64,000 nt of DNA from Squalus acanthias (Eukaryota). The number at the start of each line of letters is the position of its first letter. Position 1 is the stretch's first letter. The stretch spans positions 81,904,001 to 81,968,000 of the forward strand of contig CM059432.1 of assembly GCA_030390025.1 (NCBI GenBank). The letters run 5' to 3'. Shown here in pieces: positions 1-11,649 of the stretch. A program made the translations under genes and the position numbers. The notes under the pieces were generated by a model that ran no database searches, was not told where the DNA came from, and saw only the letters and a list, made by a program, of their open reading frames with translations.

Positions 1-529
1 GTTGACAATTTCCGGCACCATGGGAACGCCTTTGAAATCACTACAAGCGGAATTTTACTACCGATGGTTATGCATTAATGTTTCAATTCATTATACTTCC
101 AAGATCTTTTAAGAGTGAAATTTACAAATAAAAAATGAAAAGGTTGTGCTTTCAACTAAAGAGACTTATATTATGCTGAGAGGTTGTGTTGTAATACAGG
201 TTTTATATATTAAACACCTGCAGGTGGATTAATAGAGCTGCCCCGGTTATATGAATGCTCTATTGGGAAAGGGGAGTTGTCTGTGTGCAGATTTCTTACA
301 TATGTATGCATCACCAAATTATATTTATTTCATGCAGCATGAGCAAAGTTGAAAGCAATTTAAAAAAATAAATAAGTAAAAGGATGGAGTGATCCACTAT
401 TGAGTACACCAGCAGGTCATGCTGACTTGCATCATGCATGTGACCTGAGGTAAATCTGCTTTACATTGTCACCGATTTGAATTATGGGTTATGTTTAAAA
501 CTGGAATGGTCATCACTTGCGCTTTTCCA

Positions 530-925
530 GGCTCTCTCCGTGGCTCAATTAGTTAATGGGAAGATCCCACGTTGGATCCCTGGAATGTGCTGAGCTTGCT
601 GATCTCAGCCTGGTCAGCGATAGAAGGTTATCTCCACGATCAGTTTCTGGACACTATGCAGTGACCCCTGCAGGAGTGGGTTTATGTATGGATGTCAGGA
701 AAGGCAGTTTAGGGCTCAGCTGTGTTTGAATAGCCTACCAGCCTTAAAGTCTAGATTTTCCAATTGACATTATTTTATATACGGCAGTAATCCTTTTATT
801 GTAAAATGTCTTGGCTTGTACGGGTAGAATGGCCACTTAGATGAGGTACCAATGGGCTGCCAGTTTTCATGAACTGTACGCTACATAAGTCATTGCCTTC
901 AGGAGAGGAGGGGAGAAGAGAGGAG
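530..925 (+). mobile_element. Old tRNA-derived SINE, family unassigned
   Basis: A-box-like TGGCTCAATTAG, then GATCCC..TGTGCTGAGCTTGCTGATCTCAGCC. Related degenerate segments at ~21830-21910 (-), ~24425-24520 (+), ~35380-35510 (-) and ~46940-47280 (+). Confidence 0.45.
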
Positions 926-1387
926 GAAATGTTAAACAAAAGGGAAATAAAGTATTAGGACCTCAGTGGAAATCCTGAAAGGCACTGCAAATGTTTTCTG
1001 AAATGATTCGCATGCTGATATAATACTGCTCCTGGGGTTCCAGGGACAGAACCAGTTCAGTTCTTCTAATGCTGGGAGTGTGTCATGAATTACAGAAAGT
1101 GAAAGGTGCTTTCTATAAAAAGACCCTAAATTATGGATGACAGATTGTACACAGGACATTTGCAGCCACTCTCACGTTAATTGCTGCAGTTATTGAATGA
1201 GCTGCTTGCTGCAGGCAGGTAGGTAGACCAACAGCTTATTATGGGGTTGTTACCATGGCTTCCGTCTGGCATAGTACGGAACTGTTTCCATAGCATTCTT
1301 CTGGCATAATAACCAGCTATATTAGTGTGAGGTACGATGTAGTAGTAGTAGATGGAGGAGGGACTCTGCTGCCCAGATTAAAGATCA

Positions 1388-1836
1388 GGCCTCACAGCGC
1401 CAGGGACCCGGGTTCGAACCTGACCTCGGGTGACTGTCTGTGTGGAGTTTGCACATTCTCCCCGTGTCTGCGTGGGTTTCCTCCGGGTGCTCCGGTTTCC
1501 TCCCACAGTCCAAAAATGTGCGGGTTAGGTTGATTTGGCTATGATAAATTGACCCTTAGTGTTAGGGGGGGATTAAATATGTGGGGTTACGGGGATAGGA
1601 TAGGATATGTTAGGGGGAATTAAATACGTGGGGTTACGGGGATAGGGTGGGATATGTGTCGGTGCAGGCTCGATGGGCCGAGATGGCCTCTATCTGTACT
1701 GTGGGATTCTGTGTGAGAAAGCAGGGACAGGGTACTGGATTTGGATGATCAGCCATGATCGTATTGAATGGTGGAGCAGGCTCGACGGGCCGAATGGCCT
1801 ACTCCTGCTCCTAGTTTCTATGTTTCTATGTTTCTA
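1388..1836 (+). mobile_element. V-SINE (HE1-like elasmobranch SINE) followed by an extra CR1 3' tail
   Basis: B-box GGTTCGAACC; V-domain TGTGTGGAGTTTGCACATTCTCCCCGTGTCTGCGTGGGTTTCCTCCGGGTGCTCCGGTTTCCTCCCACAGTCC; CR1-type tail GGCTCGATGGGCCGA..TGGCCT; ends in (TTTCTATG)n. Confidence 0.88.
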
Positions 1837-2124
1837 GGTTAGAGTCAGTAATATTTAGTATAACCAGAACACTAAAAGACAATTCAGAACTCCAAACCAT
1901 TTCTATTGGTACATATACATTGGAACATCCTGTGATCTGTAATTCTTCAATTTATTTCTCATTGCACTTGCACAAGTTTCAAAGTGAAATCTTTCCACTT
2001 GAACGTCCCTTCTGATGCCAAATCACTGAAAAAAATTGGATTATTCAGCTTCCATCTGCCACAATTAATATTGCAAATTTAGCCATTTCGATAAGTAAAA
2101 CTCACCTTAATAGGTGAGATATGT

Positions 2125-2270
2125 GTAGGGTGGGATATGTGTACTGTGGGGATTAAAGCAGGGACAGGGTACTGGATTTGGATGATCAGCCATGATCGTA
2201 TTGAATGGTGGAGCAGGCTCGACGGGCCAAATGGCCTACTCCTGCTCCTAGATTCTATGTTTCTATGTTT
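2125..2270 (+). mobile_element. Second copy of the SINE/CR1 3' tail
   Basis: Near-identical to ~1718-1836 (GCAGGGACAGGGTACTGGATTTGGATGATCAGCCATGATCG...TTCTATGTTTCTATG). Confidence 0.85.
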
Positions 2271-2304
2271 TATGTTAATAGACTTTCATCAATACTCTCT
2301 ATTT

Positions 2305-3880
2305 ACATAGGATATACGGCACAGAAACAGGCCATTCGACCCAACCAGTCCATGCCGGCGTTTATGCTCCACTCAAGCCTCCTCCCGTCTTTCCTCATCT
2401 AAATCTATCAGCGTAACCCTCTATTCCCTTCTCCCTCATATGCTTGTCCAGCCTCCTCTTAAATGCATCTGTACTATTCGCTTCAACCACTCCCTGTGGT
2501 AGCGAGTTCCACATTCTCACCACTCTTTGGGTAAAGCAGTTTCTTCTGAATTCCCTATTGGATTTCTTGGTGACTATCTTATATTGATGGTCTCTAGTTA
2601 TGCTCTTCCCCACAAGTGGAAACATTCTCTCTGTATCCACTCTATCAAAACCTTTCATAATTTTAAAGACCTCTATTAGGTCACCCCTCAGCCTTCTTTT
2701 TTCAAGAGAAAAGAGATCCAGCCTGTTCATCCTTTCCTGATATGTATACCCTCGCATTTCTGGTATCATCCTTCTAAATCTTCCCTGCACCCTCTCCAGT
2801 GCCTCTATATCCTTTTTATAATATGGCGACCAGAACTGCACGCAGTACTCTAAGTGTGGTCTAACCAAGGTTCGACATAGGTTTAGCATAACTTCCCTAC
2901 TTTTCAATTCTATCCCTCTTTTTTTATGGCCTTGCTAACCTGTGGCGCAACTTTTAGTGATCTGTGTATTTGTACTCCAAGATGCCTCCACCTAGACTCG
3001 CACCCTCCAAGTGATAAGTGACCTCCCTATTCTTCCTACCAAAATGTAATTCCTCACATTTATCTGAGTTGAACTTCATTTGCCAATTATTTGCCCATTC
3101 TGCAAGTTTATTAATGTCCTCCTGTAATTTGTTGCAGTCCTCCTCAGTATTGACTATCCCCCCCCCCCAATTTGGTATCATCCGCAAATTTAGAAATTGT
3201 GTTTTTGATTCCAAAGTCTAAATTGTTAATGTAAATCATGAACAACAGTGGTCCCAGCACTGATCCTTGTGGAACATCACTACCCACCTTCTGCCTCTGT
3301 GATTAGCTACCCTTTACCCTTACTCTCTGCTTTCTGTCTTGAAGCCAGCCAGCAATCCATTCTGCTACTTGTCCCCTGACTCCACATTCTCTGATCTTAT
3401 TCATTAGTTTATTATGGGGTATCTTATCAAAGGCCTTTTCAAAATCTAGATAAATTACATCTACTGCATTACCATTGTCTACCCTCTCTGTTACCTCCTC
3501 AAAAAATTCAATGAGATTGGTTAAGCAAGATTTTCCCTTTTGAAATCCATGCTGACTATTTATTATTATACTTTTTGTTTCTAGATGTTCTTCTATTCTC
3601 TCCTTTAGTAGCGATTCCATTATTTTTCTGACCACCGATGTTAAGCTGACTGGTCTATAATTCCCTGGACATGTTCTATCCCCCTTCTTAAATATAGGTA
3701 TTATGTTAGCTATCCGCCAGTCCTCTGGCACTACACCTTTTTCGAACAAATTATTAAATATGTGTAGTAATGCCTCTGCTATCTCTTCCCTAGATTCTTT
3801 TAAAATGCATGGGTGCAATCCATCTGGACCAGGGGGATTTATCGTCTTTGAGTTTGATTAGTTTATTTAATATATCCCTT
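2305..3880 (-). mobile_element. CR1 LINE, 5'-truncated, frameshifted ORF2 (reverse transcriptase)
   Basis: ORF pieces 3818-3303 (PGNYRPVSLTSVV, QHGFQKGKSCLTNL, DVIYLDFEKAFD), 3214-2954 and 2907-2395 (LVRPHLEYCVQFWSP, RRLRGDLIEVFKI), plus the CR1 3' UTR. Confidence 0.95.
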
Positions 3881-4619
3881 TTTTTTATTTTAAATGCACT
3901 TATCTCATTACTCAGCTCATCATCCAGTTGTTTTTAAACAAAAATATTAATACTGACCAGAAATGAAAAACATGAATAATCTGTGGAATTCAATTAGGTC
4001 AGCAACAGTCAGGCAGCAGCCAGTGCAGAGCTATATAGAAGTTACAACATGGAAACAGACTATTCAACCCAACCAGAGCATGTACCCTCCATGTGAGCAA
4101 ATAGTCGTAATCATATTTACCCACCCTGCTCTCATATCCCTTCATCTGCCTATCCAATCTAATATTAAATGTTGATATTGTTTCTCCGTCAACCACAAAC
4201 CATGGAGTGAATTCCACAGCCTCACAACTCCTCTGCGTTTAGCAGTTTCTCTTGCTCTTAGAAGTTTCTCTTGCTCTCTGTTCTAAACCTCTTGCAATTA
4301 ATCTTGGATCTATGGCCCCTCTCAACTACTGGAAACAGTCTGGGCTGGATTTTACGAACCTCGGTGGGTCCGTGGCGGGCGATGTCGGTGGCGGGTCCCG
4401 ATCCCGCTGCTGCTTCCATCCCAGCCTCTGAAATGAATTTACCGTGATTGGGCTTGTTAAGCCCGCCCAACACGTTTGCCAGGCCAATTAGAGGAAGTGG
4501 GTCTGGTGAACTCATTTGATGATGCGTCATCAGCCGATTTCCTTAAAGGGACCATGGCCAACTTTAATTTGACAGTTGTGCTGTCAGTGTTCTACAGCAT
4601 TGAGGTGCTGCAAACACTG

Positions 4620-4865
4620 ACAAGCACTGCACAGAGGAGCAGGGCTGCACCTAGGCTCTCCCATGACTCCCTCATATACTTATATGCTTATGGAGGGTGT
4701 CACATTCCACAGGGAGGTCCTCTTCTCTTCCCATGGGCAGAAGAGGCCTCCCTAAGAGATCAACACAGCCTGGTTGCACATTGCAGAGGAGGGAACAAGC
4801 AGGGATGTGGTCAGGAGGACCTGGGTGCAGTGCTGCAAACGTTTCAATGATCTCAGTAGATCACG
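4620..4865 (+). pseudogene. Harbinger Myb/SANT-like DNA-binding protein remnant
   Basis: Broken frames AAPRLSHDSL..., ...TAWLHIAEEGTSRDVVRRTWVQCCKRFNDLSRS, typical of the MSANTD/NAIF1-like domain. Confidence 0.8.
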
Positions 4866-5479
4866 AAACATTAGTACAAAGCCACACTCAACCTCATCCT
4901 GCTGTGCCACTCATCACATTCCCATCACTCTGCCCTACCCTACTCCTGCACATCCTTACTCACACCAACTTACCTTGCACCTCCACCCATCCCTCTATAT
5001 CTACATTATCACATCTCCATCTCACTAGCCACCCCTCACACTCACCCTCATCCTAGTCCAATCATACCAACTAACAACACACAAGGGTAGGCACTTGGGT
5101 GTTTTAGCCAATGTTCATGTGAAGTTTCTGTTAATGTGCTGTCAAACATTGAAACCTTTATTTTCAACACTTTGCTTTCTTGGACAGATTTGTGTGCACC
5201 TTTGGAAGTGGCTTAGTGAGTTGCAGCGAATGGTGAGACATAACGGTACCCCCCGCAATGGTGATGAGTGTGAAAGGAATAGCTTGGACATTGTAGGGTT
5301 GCTTTATGGTGTTGGTGTGGGGTGGTGTCAACCTGGCGCATCATGTGGCAGCCAGGGTGTACAGCATCAAATGAAGTAAATCTGGCCATGTTGAGGCCAT
5401 CCCTGGCCTCCCGGGCAGCAATGTGGTTGGGTGCTGATGCCCTGTGTCCTGTGCAGCATCAGTTGATTGCGGAGAAGGT

Positions 5480-5590
5480 TGGTGTTGCTGTTGGTGCTGC
5501 TAGTGTGCCTGGTGCTGCTGGCTAGTGTGCCTGGTGATCCTGGTGTTCCTGGTGATGCTGGTGTTCCTGGTGATGCTGGTGTTGGGGCTG
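5480..5590. repeat. Minisatellite of 9/18-bp GGTG(A/C)TGCT-type units
   Basis: Tandem units such as CCTGGTGATGCTGGTGTT; longer than the matching tract at ~57450-57490. Confidence 0.75.
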
Positions 5591-7469
5591 ATCATGGTGG
5601 GATTCTGAGGACCAAGGTGAGAGAGTTTCAAGGGCACCCATGCTGATGGAATAGATGGCAGGTGAAGTACAGATGACAGAAGTAATCTGTCAATAGTGGG
5701 AGAGGTAATGAGGTCAGACTGGATGGAGACTTGTGTAAAGACTTGCAGCATCCTGAATCTGTAGTGGAAATGCAGTTTAGAGAAGCTCGTGCATTAAGGG
5801 AACATTTCTCAATTAGCTGGGAGCTTTAACTTGACATTTGAAGCTGTCAACTCAGCAGCTGATTCAATGGCCACTGACCTTCCGCCTCAGCTTCCCTGAC
5901 GTGGTCTAGGCACAGCGAGAAACCGGTGGGCGACCTGTCAAATCCAAAATGTAGGGGAAACCCATTGATAAGTGGCTCTAAACAAGCCACGAATGATTTT
6001 AATTGCCTCCCCCGCCGCTGCGTGTCGGGTCTGCTCAGTGCTGGCAGACCTGACACTTGATAAAGGCACATGGCGGCAGGTTCACAGCGGGGTTCCGACC
6101 CGCTGGGGGAAAAAAACACTTCCCACCCGACCCGCCACCGAACGCGCCTGCTGACCCCCCGCAAAATTCAGCCCCAAAGTTTTGTACTGTTGAGCCTGGC
6201 TTAAGTGAAGAGCTCAGGAGATAGATGGAATAGGGGCTAAGGTACAGAGCCATTGGTGGGAGCCCAACTGGATGACTTGGTCTTGTCAATGTAGAGTTGA
6301 AGGAACTTCTTGCTTATCCAGGACCTGAAGTTGGCTAGGTAGTTGGGTAGCCCAGTGATGTTTGAGGAGTCCACTGACCGCTGACACCCCACAAAATCCA
6401 GCCCTCTGCTTTTATCTACCCAGTCCCATCCTTTCATTTTAAAAACTTCTGTCATTTTGCTCTGGAATCTGTGATATTCTAATAAAAAAAGGATGTAGAA
6501 CAGAAGTACTATTATGATATGTTATATAGAATTTATTTTTCCTTTGGACAAGCTAAAGGAGGGACATTTTTTGTAAGTTTATTTTTACACACAAAGATTT
6601 TTTTTTAAATTATGGATTGGACGGTTTCTCTGTCACATCACTTAGAAATTACACAATGTATTTCACGGGAAACCAGTTGAATTTTTTTTTGGGGGGGGGG
6701 GGTGGAAAATGGGGGAGATCAAAGCTATGCTTGGTTTCCGCCCCTTTTGTGTGGGACAAGAAATTCTTAATTCAGGAGGTTGAGGCTTCTTCTGCCTCAT
6801 CCCTTACATCCCAGCAACAGTTATGGGGCACATATGGGACGTTGCCATGTTATCCGGGAATCCCACCAGACATGTCAGCCTTAGGCCCAGTTGAAGGCAT
6901 AGATTCCATTCTGAGCTGAACATGAGCCCCACAGTAATCAACGCAAACAGCAATTGATCCTAAAGGGTTTGATTGCCATTGGATACAGGGCTTTACATCC
7001 CAGAACAGCAATTATTAAAAATTTTGGAGGCTTACCTTCTTTGGGTCAACCGACCTCTGACTGACCCTTTTGGAGCAGTGCCATGCTTACACTTCCTCAA
7101 GGGGATGGGTGCCTGTTGCACCATTACAGGCATGGGTGCCCGTTCCTATTATATAAATGATCCCATTCCACAGCTTTGGTTCGGGATTACGGCGGCATGA
7201 AAATTGGAAGTTCAAAAGAGACAGAGACATATGTGGTCATTTTAACATTTTAACATATCCCACCCAACTGGAATCTGACAGGATTGGATCATCCACCCAT
7301 TTTACACCCCACCCAATTTTACTTTCCATTGAAGTCTGCCCGCTGCGCAGGTTAAAATTCCCCCATATTCTTCCCCAACATTGTAATGTTTTTTCTAGTT
7401 GGTGGCTTCTACACAGAAGAGTTACACCTCCAACTCTTCCATTCTGCCCATCGCTTGCTGCTTACACAG

Positions 7470-7670
7470 GAAAACTAGAAATCCCAACAATAGAGGGGTT
7501 TTTTCTTCTCCAAAATAATGCCATGGGACATTCAACATATGTCTTTTCAGGTGGATTACATCACACTATTTTGAAGACGAGAAGGAGTTGTGGCCAACAT
7601 TGCTCCCTCAACAAGCACCACCAAACAAATCCAGATTAACTGGTCTTTCATCTCATTGTAATTAAACAGG
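7470..7670. mobile_element. Degenerate Deu-domain SINE fragments
   Basis: ACACTATTTTGAAGA..TGGCCAACATT..CCCTCAAC resembles the full copies at 37166 and 58733. Confidence 0.5.
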
Positions 7671-8860
7671 GGGATTGTGCTGAAAAAAATGCGCCTTGAA
7701 ACACCAAACTTCCAGAACTTAATCTTAGTCAACACCAAGTCCCGTGACAGCATCTATTGACAAAAAAACTCTTCAGAATCTTGTAAAAGCAGTTAATATC
7801 AGTATCTGTTTTTATAAGACAGTGATTCTCATAATCTCCCGCTCCCCCACCTATGGCCTTCAGCAGACCTACTTTTTGATCTGCCCTTGAGTTGTTCTTT
7901 GAGTTGAGATTCAGGGGAGTGAAAGCAAGAAACACAAATGTTGACTTTTTATCTGCATGGTCAGAGGCGCCAGAATTGCCCAGGGGTCAAAAATCAGATG
8001 AGATCCACTTTTGTACGTCGCAATGTTCCTTGTGAATGTTCATTTTGTATCAACTTTTCAGGCTAGCCTAAAGTGTTCTCCTTGAAAATGTCTTACAAAA
8101 ACATTGAAATTTTTGTAGTACATCTAAATTCAGCAATTTTCTGTCCATTTAGGATGGGATCACACTGTGTATTCCATTTGCCCATAAGAAAAGTTGTATA
8201 TACAACGGGCAAAGGCTCTTTAGGCAATTTCTCATTTCCATCTTTACAGTATATTTTTAGTACTGGACTATTACATTTTTGGGGCACTTTATAAACATTT
8301 TTTTTTATTTTTAAAGTTTTTTGTTGTAACAGTAGTTAATGTTTATATGGAATGCCAAATATTCAAATATTGTCTGCTAATTCAATGGCAAGCTGGCTGT
8401 AATTGAAGCATTTACAAAACCTCAAAGTGGGGGGGGGGCATGACAAAGGAGATCTTACAATACAAACTTTCACTGGAGCTCAGGGAACAAGAAGGCATCT
8501 AAGTGCGAGCTATAGAGTCCTATGGTAGTTGCCAAATCAAGTTAAAATTAATGATGCCCAATGTCACTGCACTGCTACATTTCCCAAAATTGATGGGTCA
8601 TTGGTAGCAACCATGTGATAAGCAGGTTCCTGCTTCTCTCCATCTCGCCTCTACACGGTGACTCATCTAGTGCTCTTTTTCTTTTTGTTGTCCAAATGCT
8701 TGCCCTTGGTGATGTCATTCGTATGTATGGAGTCACTTTCACATGTACACTGATGACACCCACATCTATCTCTCTGCCACCATGCTTGACTCCTCAATCG
8801 TCACTGGGCTACCCAACTACCGAGCCAACTTCAGGTCTTGGATAAGCAAGAAGTTCCTTC

Positions 8861-9314
8861 GGGACTCAACATCGAGTTCAACAATTTTAGATCATAACCT
8901 CGGCCCCTATCACATTTATATTTTATTTTTCCCTCCACCCTTTTGTTTGCCCCCCCCTTCCTTTTTTTTTCCTCCCAGAAGCTGGCAGCTGTCCTTCATT
9001 CTGCCAGCGCATTTCACACTTCATTTAGCCTCAACCTGTCACATTAACACCTCCTCTTGCCTTGATTATCTCTTAATGTCTCTTAATGTCTCTTAATCTC
9101 TCCTTTTGTTCTTTCATCCCCTCCCCCTTTTCCCAGCTTTATTCTTGCTTTAAATCTATTTCATTTCCTGCTTTTTTCCAGTTCTGACGAAGGGTCATCG
9201 ACCTGAAACGTTAACTCTGTTTCTCTCTCCACGGATGCTGCCTGGCCTGCTGAGTTTTTCCAGCGTTTTCTGTTGTTATTTCGGATTTCCAGCATCCGCA
9301 GTATTTTGCTATCG
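8861..9314 (+). mobile_element. Penelope-like element 3' end (family B)
   Basis: Encodes the ORF end GLNIEFNNFRS*; 3' UTR shared with 40257-40764; 13-bp TSD AAGAAGTTCCTTC at 8848-8860 and 9315-9327. Confidence 0.85.
9180..9216 (+). ncRNA. Minimal type I hammerhead ribozyme motif (Penelope family B)
   Basis: AGTT-CTGACGA-A-GGGTC(ATC)GACCT-GAAA-CGTT-AACT: core boxes, stem II, palindromic AACGTT stem III and stem I AGTT/AACT. Confidence 0.7.
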
Positions 9315-10839
9315 AAGAAGTTCCTTCAACTCTACATTGACGAGACCAAAGCTATCCAGTTGGGCTCCCACCAAAAGCACTGTACCTTAGCCCCTATTCC
9401 ATCTATCTCCCAAGCTGTTCACTTAAGACAGGCTCAACAGTACAAAACCTTGGTGTGCTGCTTGACCATGAGTTGAGTTTAAAACCCTACATCCCAGCCT
9501 CCACCTCCTTAATATTACCACCTCTGCCCCATCTCCATCTCACCTCTACTGCTGCTGAAACCCATACCTATACCTTTGAAACCTGTATACACAATTACTT
9601 CAAGCTCTCCTTTACAACCTCCTGAATTCCACCTCTTCAAAAATTACAACTCATCCTAAACTCCACCAGATACATCCTATCTTGCAGTAAGCGTTGCTTC
9701 ACTTTTACCCCTGTCTTTTGTCAACCTTTATCAGTTCCGCATTCCAAAATGTTTTCATTTCAAAATCCTTTTCCCCATTGACAAGCCCATCCCCGGCCTC
9801 GCCCCTCCCTACCTCTTTGACCTTCTTTGCCCCTATTTTCCAACACTTACCGTCCATTCTCTCCAACTCTAGCTTTTTTCCCCTCTCCCCCACCCGCTTC
9901 CCCCCCACTCTGCCTTTGGTAGCAGATCCCTCAGCCGTCTTGGCCCCAAATTCTAGTGCTCTCCCTCAACCCTTCCAGCATGTTTCCCTCTGTCAAAAGC
10001 TTCCTCAAAACTTATCTCATCAATCATACCTTCAACTACCATCCATAACTCTTCTTCCACCACTTTGGCACTTTGGATGTTTCATTATGTTAAAGTTGCT
10101 ACATAAATGCACATTGTTGCTGCATTCCCTGGGTTATAAGTAGCTGTGCTCACCTTAAAATGTTAGTTAGAGGGAAGCAAGCCGTTGTTTTGTTCTGGGC
10201 CATTGGCAGTGCTGGCAGGCTGCTTTTCCATGCTTAACAATGACTGTTTTAATGCTGGGTCCAGGACAAATCTTCAAACAGAGCTCACATTACAACATAC
10301 TGTGTGCCATATTTGTCTGATTATTTGTATGTCTGCATGAGAGTAAGTGAGAAGGAAAACCAGACAGAAGGGCCGAGAAATTCGTAGTGTTTGCGCTTGG
10401 CCGTAAAGGCCCATTTCGGCAACAAAAATGGTGGCTGCCTCACTTCTGCCCGCCTCCGGCACGGGACACAGCAACTGCCATTTTGGTAAAGGCCACAGCG
10501 CTGCCATTGCCAGCGCTGGCCCCTGAAATGCAAATGAGCAGACAGTGACGCCGACTTGATGCCACGTCTGCAAACTTCGACCTTTTCACTCTGTTTAATG
10601 CTGGGACCTAAGCATGCTCAGAAAAGTGTGCATGAAGCAGCCCTGTAGAAACGCTGTCAGCACTTCTTAAAGGAACACACACATCTTTCAGGTAAGTTTG
10701 CATTTAAGCTTTTTGACTGTTTTAATATATTATTGAAGTAGTGGCTTGAAGCAATAGATGGTAAAAGTTTTTAAAGTGTGCAGGGAGTGCTGCTGGATGC
10801 TTGTAGGGCTTCGGATGGTAAAGGAAGGCTTCTGAGAAG

Positions 10840-10980
10840 ACAGAAAATGCTGGAAATACTCAGCAGGTCAGGCAACATCTGTGGAGAGAGAAACAGAGTT
10901 ATGTCTCAGGTCGAGATGCTGCCTGACCTGCTGAGTAGTTCCAGCATTTTCTGCTTTTATTTCAGATTTCCAGCATCCGC
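10840..10980. mobile_element. Inverted pair of Penelope family B tail fragments (hairpin)
   Basis: CAGAAAATGCTGGAAATACTCAGCAGGTCAGGCAACATCT is nearly the reverse complement of AGATGCTGCCTGACCTGCTGAGTAGTTCCAGCATTTTCTG. Confidence 0.8.
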
Positions 10981-10985
10981 TCGCC

Positions 10986-11192
10986 GAGGGAAGAGGAAGA
11001 TGCAGAAGAGGAGGAAACAGAAGAGGAAGAAACAGAAGAGGTAGAAGCTGAAGAGGAGGAAGCAGAAGAGGAGGAAACAGAAGAGGTAGAAGCTGAAGAG
11101 GTAGAAGCTGAAGAGGAAGATGCGGAAGAGGAAGATGCAGAAGAGGAGGAAACAGAAGAGGTAGAAGCTGAAGAGGAGGAAGCAGAAGAAAG
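10986..11192 (+). repeat. Purine-rich 15-bp-period minisatellite encoding poly-Glu
   Basis: Units such as GAAGAGGAGGAAACA and GAAGAGGTAGAAGCT, reading EEEETEEVEAEEEEA. Confidence 0.9.
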
Positions 11193-11649
11193 GATGCAAT
11201 CCAAACAGCCCCTTTCTGGCCGGGATATCTGGGATGGAATCATCGGCCTGCGGTACCAGTGACCACAACCCCAATTACCCTTTCAATATTTGTCCCACAC
11301 CTCACCTTCCCTGTATTACTGACCAGCACAGCATCCTCTTGGCTACAATGCTGAAATAAAAGCCACCACAAAGCAAACTTTCCAATTCAACTTATGACAT
11401 CCAGAAATCAACTAATCACCCTTGTGCATTCCCTTAGTGACTGTCTTGCGTGTGCCTTTGCCTATCCTACTGATGTCACGCAGTCCTACCTCAGTGGCTG
11501 CAGCATGACTGGTGGAAGGCTGCTGACTTTCAGTGGGGGACACTGCAAATGGCCTTGCAGAACAACCTCGAGGAGCTGGTGGCTGGGAGTGTGAGATCGA
11601 GTGACGGTATTTCTTCTTCTTCTTCACTCTCCTCCCTCTTCTTGGTCAA

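Larger units (their letters stand above)
4342..6403. mobile_element. Non-autonomous PIF/Harbinger element with duplicated right end and captured DNA
   Basis: TIR GGGCTGGATTTT at 4342 and AAAATCCAGCCC ending 6403; 3-bp TSD TCT; an inner end AAAATTCAGCCC at ~6163-6174; homologous copy at 56845-58573. Confidence 0.85.
4040..6455 (-). mobile_element. Old CR1 3' fragment split by the Harbinger-derived insertion (pieces ~4040-4341 and ~6404-6455)
   Basis: CR1-like 3' end. The sequence ...GGAAACAGTCT resumes as (TCT)GCTTTTATCTACCC after the insertion. Confidence 0.65.
8620..10120 (+). mobile_element. Degenerate L2 LINE 3' part, interrupted by a Penelope insertion
   Basis: MYTDDTHIYLS (YADD motif region), SWISKKFLQLYIDETK, and the 3' end GCTACATAAATGCA..TTGTTG. 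Confidence 0.8.

Noticed and set aside
10957..11274. Ser-rich and Phe/Leu/Cys-rich ORFs
   Set aside because: Antisense readings of the purine minisatellite.
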